This document shows positions 57,091 to 64,000 of a DNA stretch of 64,000 bases, piece after piece. The stretch's first letter is position 1. The number at the start of each line of letters is the position of its first letter. This DNA is from Candidatus Omnitrophota bacterium (lineage in GTDB: Bacteria; Omnitrophota; Gorgyraeia; Gygaellales; Profunditerraquicolaceae), in assembly GCA_041650835.1 (NCBI GenBank), contig JBAZKL010000002.1, forward strand, positions 538,435 through 602,434, in the 5' to 3' direction. The notes below the pieces were generated by a model, which saw nothing but the letters and a program-made list of their open reading frames with translations, was not told where the DNA came from and did no database searches. Both the position numbers and the translations under genes were made by a program.

Positions 57091-57996
57091 ATGACAAAAC
57101 CATCAACTCAGAGCAAAGAATTGGAAGGCCTCAAGAAAAAAATCCGATTCCTGACCACTTTACTGATTATTTTTATTACAGGAATAGCTATCTATACTAC
57201 CGGGTCTTTCATAAAACAATTTGCGCCAACTTCCCAAATTAATGCCCTAGCCCCCCATGCCGGCGAAATCAACAAGATCATCAAACCATTACGATATTCC
57301 GGCATTAATAACCTTTTAAATAACGACGTTACTATAACGATCGACTTTAACGCGGGCACCTGGAAATTCCATAATATCCACCGATTCGACAAAGAAGGAA
57401 GAATACTCCTGACTAACGGCAGAGATGGTTTATGCGGAGACCTGGCAGCCTACGCCTACAGCAAAATACGCCCCCTTATGGATAATAAATTCGAAATTGA
57501 ATTCCTCCATGTCGCTGAATCGGGATTTTTTCTTGACCCCAGGGCTTCACATATCGCCCTCATAATCCGTGAATCGGCGCTATTCTCCGACAAAGAATAT
57601 ATCCTTGACCCCTCCTTCCAAAGATATGAGCCTATCGATGATTTTGATGATTATCAATTCTTTGAAAGGACAAAGATGCTCCCCTTTCTTACCGAAAAGA
57701 ACACAGACGAAACCTTTCCCATTGGGACCAGCACGCCCCTATTAATCACCAAAGATTTTCTTATCGGGCTCATGATCGATCATCAAAACGGAAAAATAGA
57801 CAAAGACAACTACATTTTGTCGCTGACAGCAACACGCCGGTATAAATTTGCCGGGAGGTATATCTTAGCATTCAGGAAAAAGAGAGGAGAAGGCGAGGTC
57901 CTGGAAAATAAGAATCTCGCCTTCTCCCTTTTAGGGCAGGAGACCTACGAAAAGATCAAAGAAAAGCTGCAAACCATACGCTCTCAATTACCGTAA
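57091..57996 (+). CDS. hypothetical membrane-anchored protein
   Basis: 301 aa with an N-terminal TM helix (LTTLLIIFITGIAIYTTG). No family was recognised. It is the only convincing plus-strand gene in the window. Confidence 0.55.
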   Translation: MTKPSTQSKELEGLKKKIRFLTTLLIIFITGIAIYTTGSFIKQFAPTSQINALAPHAGEINKIIKPLRYSGINNLLNNDVTITIDFNAGTWKFHNIHRFDKEGRILLTNGRDGLCGDLAAYAYSKIRPLMDNKFEIEFLHVAESGFFLDPRASHIALIIRESALFSDKEYILDPSFQRYEPIDDFDDYQFFERTKMLPFLTEKNTDETFPIGTSTPLLITKDFLIGLMIDHQNGKIDKDNYILSLTATRRYKFAGRYILAFRKKRGEGEVLENKNLAFSLLGQETYEKIKEKLQTIRSQLP

Positions 57997-58022
57997 GGAT
58001 TTCACGCCATAAAACAATATTT

Positions 58023-59051
58023 TTAATTCCATCCGCTTCTTCTGCGCTTTCCCACCACTATCAGAGTAGCAATAACCCCGAAAATTATCGAAGCCTGGGA
58101 AAGCGTTAACAAGCCTTCAACCGCGGAATCATTACTCACCATGATCGCGCTGATACCCAAGGATAAAGTTATAAAATAAATAAAGGTAACCGCCCCTTCC
58201 GTGTTCAAACCCAGGTCAACCAGGCAATGATGAAAGTGGTCCTTGCCCGCGTACTTCAGCCATTCCACGACTGTCTTTATCTTCTTATCCTTGATACGCA
58301 TGATAGTCGTAAAGATCATATCGAAGATCGGCACCCCGAGGATAAGTATCGGGATGGATATTTTTACCATATTATCTTCAGCCCAATTGCCGATCAAGCT
58401 GATACTGGCCAAGATAAAACCTAACAGCGTACTGCCGGCATCTCCCAGGAACATCTTTGCTTTCTTAAAATTATACGGCAGAAAGCCCACGCAAGAAGCC
58501 GATACGATCACCGCTAAAAGGCCTTGCGAGAATTGTCCGGTACTGTATAAGATAAGCGCGAAACAAAACGAGTTGATCGCCGCCGACCCCACTGCCAAGC
58601 CATCCATCCCATCCAGATAATTATAGGCGTTGGTGACTCCCAGTATCCAGAGTATGGTTACGGCGATCTCAGCGGTGTTTCCCCAAATCGTATCAGGCAG
58701 AAAGCTGACGCGTATCCCGAAAACCATGATGATGGCCGCGACCGAAAGTTGGGCGATGATCCTCGATTGCGCCGAGAGCCCCCAGATATCATCGATCAAA
58801 CCGACGATCAAGATTATCGTCGCGCCAAGTAAAATAGGAAAAAAGAATTGAAGTTCTTTGAGATGCAACAAAAGCCCGGCTATAATGCCGAAATATATAG
58901 CGACACCGCCTAAAAGCGGCATGGCGCGTTTATGGATACTGCGGCGGTTCGGAAGGTCGACAATATCGAGTTTAACCGCCAGCACCCGGAAAACAGGCGT
59001 AGATAAGAATACAGCCAGAAAAGAAAAGATCCCCGCCCAGATCACCTGCAT
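58023..59051 (-). CDS. wecA: glycosyltransferase family 4 polyprenyl-phosphate sugar-1-phosphate transferase (WecA/MraY family)
   Basis: 342 aa, polytopic, with the family motifs DD.WG...(IDDIWGL) and NAYNYLDGMDGLA. Confidence 0.8.
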   Translation of the reverse strand: MQVIWAGIFSFLAVFLSTPVFRVLAVKLDIVDLPNRRSIHKRAMPLLGGVAIYFGIIAGLLLHLKELQFFFPILLGATIILIVGLIDDIWGLSAQSRIIAQLSVAAIIMVFGIRVSFLPDTIWGNTAEIAVTILWILGVTNAYNYLDGMDGLAVGSAAINSFCFALILYSTGQFSQGLLAVIVSASCVGFLPYNFKKAKMFLGDAGSTLLGFILASISLIGNWAEDNMVKISIPILILGVPIFDMIFTTIMRIKDKKIKTVVEWLKYAGKDHFHHCLVDLGLNTEGAVTFIYFITLSLGISAIMVSNDSAVEGLLTLSQASIIFGVIATLIVVGKRRRSGWN

Positions 59052-59100
59052 AGAGCTATCCCCTGCTTGATAATACCTGCCCCTAAAAACATCTTTTTAG

Positions 59101-59718
59101 CTATTTTATATCTTTTAAAACGCGCAACGCCTTAAAGCCTTCCGCGTAACGGACCCTGCCCTGATACCCGCGGAAATTAGCGCAGGATTGCGCGCTCTCC
59201 ACAATACTCAGATTTTCAACCCGGGTGCGGTCCATCTGGGAATTATGGATCTTAAGCACCTTTAGCTTCTTGTCCAAAACATCCTGAATATCGACGAATA
59301 TATCCGGTTCAAAATGCTGTGTTGTCGGCACCTCAAAAAAAAGCGCCTCTTTTATATAGCGCGTCGCTGAAACCGCTGCTTGCGCCGCGGCGCGGTGGTC
59401 CTGGTGAACATCAGCCCAGAAATTAAAGAACACCACGTCAGGAGAAGCTTTTCGCAGGATCTCTTCTACCTTTAAGATCAGCTCGCGGCTGCAGACTAAT
59501 TCAGTGTCGCGGTAATTTCCCCAAAAAAGCTCTTTTACCCCTATGAATTTCGCGCTCTCGAGCTGCTCATTCCTGCGGACTTCGGTATCGCCGCCAAAGC
59601 TGCCGTCAGTTAAAACAAACATATGGACATTGTGCCCACCTTGCGCGTATTTGATCAAAGTCCCGCCGCAGCCAAACTCGATATCGTCCGGATGAGCGCC
59701 TATCGCCAGTACGTTCAT
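59101..59718 (-). CDS. PIG-L/LmbE family N-acetylglucosaminyl deacetylase
   Basis: 205 aa beginning with the family signature AHPDDIEFGCGGT, with HQDH further along. Confidence 0.8.
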   Translation of the reverse strand: MNVLAIGAHPDDIEFGCGGTLIKYAQGGHNVHMFVLTDGSFGGDTEVRRNEQLESAKFIGVKELFWGNYRDTELVCSRELILKVEEILRKASPDVVFFNFWADVHQDHRAAAQAAVSATRYIKEALFFEVPTTQHFEPDIFVDIQDVLDKKLKVLKIHNSQMDRTRVENLSIVESAQSCANFRGYQGRVRYAEGFKALRVLKDIK

Positions 59719-59839
59719 ATAAAATTCTCCTTGTTCGTTAATATCGTTATTGTCGTTTAAATCGTTTAACAGGATAGCTTACTTACTTTGCCAACGAAAC
59801 TAACGAAATTAACGATTATTACGATTCCCGGTTATTTAT

Positions 59840-60532
59840 CTATAACCCCAATATCTTCCTGCTCTCGGGGCCTTCATTCAATAATAGGTCAAAAATCGAC
59901 AGATGCGAAATGAAATCTTTTCCTGACAAGCTGAATTGCTGCCTGTACTCGGGGTGAATAAAATCCTGGTACCGCAACTCTATCCCCGCTTCCCTGAATT
60001 TATCCGCCTCAATATAATCCCGGCCTCCTGCCCCCGAAAGATACACATCCGCTTTCAGCTTTCGGCAGATCTCAATAATACGTTCAGTTTTTGTTGTGGT
60101 AGTCTGCAAAACCGACTCAAAAAAGACCGGTTTCTCGACCCCCAGCATCTTAAGGACATATTGAATGATATAAATATTCAGTTGAGCAAGCTTATCCCAC
60201 TCAGAAGTGTATATTTTCTCAAAGAACGCGAAATTCTCCTTAAAAAAAGGTGAGCGGGCATACCAGACTTCCCAACTCTTTAAATGTTGTTTTCTCCAGG
60301 CGAATCCATTATCGATAGCGACATCGGCAATTTTCTGCCTGCCCAGCCCCTTAGAAACAACAGGAACGGTCAACCAAACCCATCCGTCCTTTGTACGGAT
60401 CTTATTGCGGTTCTGAAATTCCCTTTCTTTATATTGCACGTTATCCAGGAACACAAAACAATCGCTCCTGGCTATTTTATCAAAATACCCCAGCCATGGG
60501 ATATACTGCGGCTGGTGCACGGATACTATCAT
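59840..60532 (-). CDS. WbqC-like family protein
   Basis: 230 aa. The N-terminus (MIVSVHQPQYIPWLGYFDKIARSD) and overall length match WbqC-like proteins of O-antigen and glycan clusters. Confidence 0.65.
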   Translation of the reverse strand: MIVSVHQPQYIPWLGYFDKIARSDCFVFLDNVQYKEREFQNRNKIRTKDGWVWLTVPVVSKGLGRQKIADVAIDNGFAWRKQHLKSWEVWYARSPFFKENFAFFEKIYTSEWDKLAQLNIYIIQYVLKMLGVEKPVFFESVLQTTTTKTERIIEICRKLKADVYLSGAGGRDYIEADKFREAGIELRYQDFIHPEYRQQFSLSGKDFISHLSIFDLLLNEGPESRKILGL

Positions 60533-60699
60533 TTACAATTATATGATTACCTGGCTATGTTATTTGGTTACGGTTAAGATGTTAGTTTGGTTATTGCCTG
60601 CCTGCCGGCAGGCAGGGATATGATTGTTAGATTTAAAACCCAACTGCTTTACCGAACTATTACACTAACCGCCTTACCCTTATCCAACACCTGTTATTT

Positions 60700-62139
60700 T
60701 CATCTGCCCGGAATAGGCGATACAAAAATCGGATTCGTTAAACAGACAAGTCCCGGAGATTCAACTTCCGCGCGAAAATAACTCCTGCTTTTATTATCGG
60801 CAATAGCCTTAAAAAGTACATTAAATACCGGCCCGCGCGCTTCAAATGATTGTATCACTTTGCCATTCGAGATTAATTTTATCTTAAAAGGCGCTGCCTG
60901 TCCATTCAAAAAATGCCCCTTAAGGACAATACCTATTTCACCGCTTGAAAAAAGCGTCTCTCCCATCAAACGCTTATTGCCTGTCTGAGCATCTTCTATC
61001 ATAAAAGCGTCTAAAGAGAACTGCGCGGAGAGCCTTCCCCGCGACACATACATACTCCCTGTTTTGAGCGCCTCTAACACCGCTGCTTTTCCCAAGGAAG
61101 GAAGCAAAAAGACCGTACGCAAATCTTTCATAGCAACGCCCAGATCGCCGCCTGTATCAAAGCTTAAGCCAGCGATCGCCCAAACAGGCGACAGTCGCAC
61201 CCCGCGGCAATATTCCTGTAACACCTCATCCCAGAGGCCGCCCGGGCGCCCGATCAACTCATACCCCTCATAAAACACCGCGAATCCGGTATAGTCCTTT
61301 GCCATAAGCAGATCATACGCATGTGCAGGTGTTTCTACGTTGACCCTGCCTATTCTCTGGCTGTTCTTGGCTTCTGGATGCGACCAAAACGTTACCCCGC
61401 CGCGGGCTTTGACATAGTCAATGAAGTTTTGATATGGCAGGATCCCGCGCTCACCCTGATACTGATCAAATTTAAGCTCTCGGAAAGGATAATTATTCAA
61501 CAATAATAAAGATCCGATCGCCCAAAACGCGATCCCGAACGTTTTGGCTCCGCGAGTGAAAAACAACCAAGCCCCAACCGCGCAAAAAGCGGCAGGCACT
61601 AAGATATACCATAGATGAGGCAGCCTCCTCCACGGCAGAAGTAACCCGCGGGGATTTCCCACAACAGGAAGCTCCAAATAATCCGCTTCCCGGGTGAGCC
61701 CCACAGCCAGCAAATGCTTATGCCAATCATGTAAGCTTAAATTCCCCTTCCATAAACTACCCTGCCAATAATAGAACGGAGCGGATTCCACTCCTGCCAT
61801 AATAACTATATCGGGATTTTTACGCTCTAACTCACGCAGTTCCCGCAAATACTTCCCGACGCCATATTTGAGAAGCGATCTTTCTTCTACCGTCTTTTTA
61901 ACGAGCCCCTCGAGAGGCCAAACCCCGTATTGCCAGCGCATTAAATCCCGTTCAGCAATAATGACTATCGGGAAATTATTTTCTTTGGCTGTCTCGACGA
62001 TCTCGGAAAGGCTGTATTTTCCGTCGCTGATCGTGGAAGATATTTGTACCGCCGCGGGGAACTGATGGAGCCCTTCGGCGCTCAAGGGTATCTGCGCGCC
62101 TAATACCAGGCACAATAACACAATAATTCGTCTTATCAT
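60700..62139 (-). CDS. hypothetical membrane protein
   Basis: 479 aa with an N-terminal signal or TM segment and an internal TM pair (LWYILVPAAFCAVGAWLFF and FGIAFWAIGSLLLL). It overlaps the start of the GT4 gene by 4 nt. Confidence 0.5.
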   Translation of the reverse strand: MIRRIIVLLCLVLGAQIPLSAEGLHQFPAAVQISSTISDGKYSLSEIVETAKENNFPIVIIAERDLMRWQYGVWPLEGLVKKTVEERSLLKYGVGKYLRELRELERKNPDIVIMAGVESAPFYYWQGSLWKGNLSLHDWHKHLLAVGLTREADYLELPVVGNPRGLLLPWRRLPHLWYILVPAAFCAVGAWLFFTRGAKTFGIAFWAIGSLLLLNNYPFRELKFDQYQGERGILPYQNFIDYVKARGGVTFWSHPEAKNSQRIGRVNVETPAHAYDLLMAKDYTGFAVFYEGYELIGRPGGLWDEVLQEYCRGVRLSPVWAIAGLSFDTGGDLGVAMKDLRTVFLLPSLGKAAVLEALKTGSMYVSRGRLSAQFSLDAFMIEDAQTGNKRLMGETLFSSGEIGIVLKGHFLNGQAAPFKIKLISNGKVIQSFEARGPVFNVLFKAIADNKSRSYFRAEVESPGLVCLTNPIFVSPIPGR

Positions 62140-63320
62140 ACAACGGCTTTCTTTTTTAAGAGCTCCTGATACAAAGCGGATAAATTTCCGATCATATCTT
62201 CGGCTTTAAACTTTCCCTGCACCCACGCCAATGCCGCTTTTCCCATTTCCACGCGTTTTTCGGGCTTCGATAACAATTCATTCACTGCTTCGGCGATACC
62301 GGCAGCGCTGCCCGCGGGGACTAATAAACCCGTCTGTTTATCGCGCACGATCTCCGGTACCCCTCCGACCTTTGACGCCACCACTGCCACTCCTGCTGCC
62401 CCTGCCTCAAGAAGCACCATCCCCACTGCTTCGTTAAGCGACGGCAGGACTAACACATCAAACAACGCAAGTATTTCCGGGATATCTTCACGCCAGCCCG
62501 CAAAAATAACCTTATCATGGATCCCCAGCGCTCTGGCGCTCGCCTGGAGTTTTTGCTTCAGGCTTCCCTCTCCCGCGATGATAAATCTGACCCTTTTGTT
62601 CTTCGCGGCAATTTCAACAGCTGCTTCAAGAAAATATCCCGGGCCCTTAACCGGTTCAAGGCGGCAGATCATTCCAACCACGGCTTCGTCCGCCCGGATA
62701 CCGAAAGCATCCCGCAAAGCACCCGTATTACTCCCTGGCTGAACATACCTGCCTAATTCCAACCCCTGATAGATCACCGATATTTTCCGGGCGCAAGCCG
62801 CCCGGAATTTAATAAAATCCATCTTCTCTAATTCGGTAAGCGCTATGATCCGGCCGGTAAAAGAGGCAAGGAATTTCTCGATCAAAACAATACAAAAGCC
62901 GGCAATTTTCGGGAAATAGCCGTAAAAATTATGCCCGTGCGGCGTGTGGATAATAACCGGCCGCCCCGATAAGAAAGCCGCGAACCTCCCTAATGCCCCG
63001 GCTTTAGCGGTATGAGTATGGACAATATCAAACTTTTCCCTGCGGAACAGTAAATAAAGTTTAATAAACGCCAGAAAATCGTTCAAAAGATCGAGCTCCC
63101 TCTTTAATTGCGGAATGACCAAAACTTTTCCGCTAAAGCCCGTTAAAAAAGACCGCGTCCGGGAGCTGGGATGAAGTGTCTCACCGGTTACCAAGCGGAC
63201 ATCATAGACGGCAGGGTCCAAATGAGTGCAGATGATACGCACGATATCAGGGGCACCTCCCCAATCAAGGCGGGTGATCACCTGTGCTACTTTGATGCGA
63301 TTATTCTTAGGATGAGACAT
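62136..63320 (-). CDS. glycosyltransferase family 4 (GT-B fold, group 1)
   Basis: 394 aa with the C-terminal nucleotide-sugar binding block EAGAAGVAVVASKVGGVPEIV and a GT4-like N-domain. Confidence 0.85.
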   Translation of the reverse strand: MSHPKNNRIKVAQVITRLDWGGAPDIVRIICTHLDPAVYDVRLVTGETLHPSSRTRSFLTGFSGKVLVIPQLKRELDLLNDFLAFIKLYLLFRREKFDIVHTHTAKAGALGRFAAFLSGRPVIIHTPHGHNFYGYFPKIAGFCIVLIEKFLASFTGRIIALTELEKMDFIKFRAACARKISVIYQGLELGRYVQPGSNTGALRDAFGIRADEAVVGMICRLEPVKGPGYFLEAAVEIAAKNKRVRFIIAGEGSLKQKLQASARALGIHDKVIFAGWREDIPEILALFDVLVLPSLNEAVGMVLLEAGAAGVAVVASKVGGVPEIVRDKQTGLLVPAGSAAGIAEAVNELLSKPEKRVEMGKAALAWVQGKFKAEDMIGNLSALYQELLKKKAVV

Positions 63321-63369
63321 ATGTTTCTCTTCACCTAACTATCATTCACCAATATTTATATACCGATAA

Positions 63370-63540
63370 TGATAAAGACTAAAGGTTAAATAACAAAGGA
63401 AGGTAAAAGGATAAAGGTCTAATTTTAAAATTTAACCTTAACTCCGTCTATCTGCTTTTAACCAAACAACCTTACCCAAATACCAAACTAATATCTTAAC
63501 CCTATCCCTAACCTAATTACTAAACGCTACACGCTAAACG
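63370..63540. repeat. diverged copy of the 15.7/15.95-kb palindromic intergenic element
   Basis: ACTAAAGG..AACAAAGGAAGG..TAATTTTAAAATTTAACCTTA...AACTAATATCTTAACC shares words in the same order with the tandem elements at 15694–16156. Confidence 0.55.
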
Positions 63541-63552
63541 CTCTACGCTCTC

Positions 63553-64000
63553 TTAATACCTGTATAACTCCGTGCAACGCACGCATACAGGAAAGATCTT
63601 ATTTTGTTTAAGCTGTTTACGGAAACGCAAAGCTTCCGGACTAATCCAGATTTGAGAAAATTTCTGCTTTTTCACATTACCGAAAGCGTAGTTAAAATTT
63701 AAACAAGGCCTGACATTGCCGTCAGGGAAAATATACGCCACCATCCAGGGGCTGATACATGCCCCTGACGATCCAGAAGGACGGTATTGCGGATTACGGT
63801 AATATTCAAACAAAGCCTTTTTCGAGAAATTAGGGTAAAAATCGACATTAAACGCGTATTTCCCGGAAGAGATCTTTCGCATTTTTTCATACAAAACTTC
63901 GGGGTCTATCCCCGGTTGAGCGATGAAACCTTCCCAGTCAAGGGATGAACAACCAAGTGACTCATCAATTGCCTTTTGCTGTTGGAGCACCAGGGGTGAC
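63553..64000 (-). CDS. radical SAM / SPASM-domain protein, C-terminal fragment (5' end outside window)
   Basis: The reading frame is open to the window edge. The C-terminus carries a Cys-rich SPASM-like pattern (GACISPW...RPCLNF...PVCVRCTELY). Confidence 0.45.
   Translation of the reverse strand, partial: SPLVLQQQKAIDESLGCSSLDWEGFIAQPGIDPEVLYEKMRKISSGKYAFNVDFYPNFSKKALFEYYRNPQYRPSGSSGACISPWMVAYIFPDGNVRPCLNFNYAFGNVKKQKFSQIWISPEALRFRKQLKQNKIFPVCVRCTELYRY

Overview
Every convincing gene in this 64-kb, AT-rich bacterial window lies on the minus strand except one (57091..57996). Reading from high to low coordinates, the window contains:

(1) The 3' fragment of a radical-SAM/SPASM gene and a cell-surface glycan cluster (GT4 glycosyltransferase, membrane hypothetical, WbqC-like, PIG-L deacetylase, WecA/MraY-family transferase).

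(2) A tightly packed three-gene unit: a membrane-anchored HUH/IS200-like (Y1-transposase-fold) protein, a small secreted protein, and a giant 8192-aa (24.6 kb) surface protein. The giant protein has a signal peptide, an N-terminal beta-propeller-like region, an array of roughly 75 Ig-like 85–95-aa repeats, and a C-terminal transmembrane anchor. Its Ig-like array contains an internal block of about 2.1 kb triplicated at the DNA level, and the gene has its own intrinsic terminator.

(3) An 850-bp structured, low-complexity spacer.

(4) A long minus-strand gene run that reads as one transcription unit. It starts with an atypical F-type ATPase gene set in the order epsilon, c, b-delta fusion, alpha, gamma, beta. 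No a-subunit gene is present, epsilon is truncated, and the beta P-loop reads GGAALGKS. The beta gene runs, with a 12-nt gap, into type II secretion genes: a standalone GspE N-domain protein, a GspE ATPase with a C-terminal PilZ domain, and GspF. A sensor histidine kinase with a roughly 500-aa coiled coil and an HEXXH peptidase-like protein follow. After a 550-bp spacer carrying two tandem roughly 250-bp palindromic repeat elements come GspG (with its calcium-site motif), GspI-, GspJ- and GspK-like pseudopilins, a GspL-like PilM–PilN fusion and a GspM-like protein.

(5) A conserved housekeeping block: tRNA-Thr, rpmG, tRNA-Trp, secE, nusG, rplK, rplA, rplJ, rplL, rpoB, rpoC. No tuf gene sits at its usual place.

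A 13–15-nt motif, GGACCATCGACTA(TAG), recurs four times at operon boundaries. A related palindromic element recurs near 63.4 kb. The giant gene plus its HUH partner, and the a-less ATPase fused to the T2SS, are the most unusual systems. The giant-ORF architecture is reminiscent of Omnitrophota-type giant proteins, but that link is speculative.
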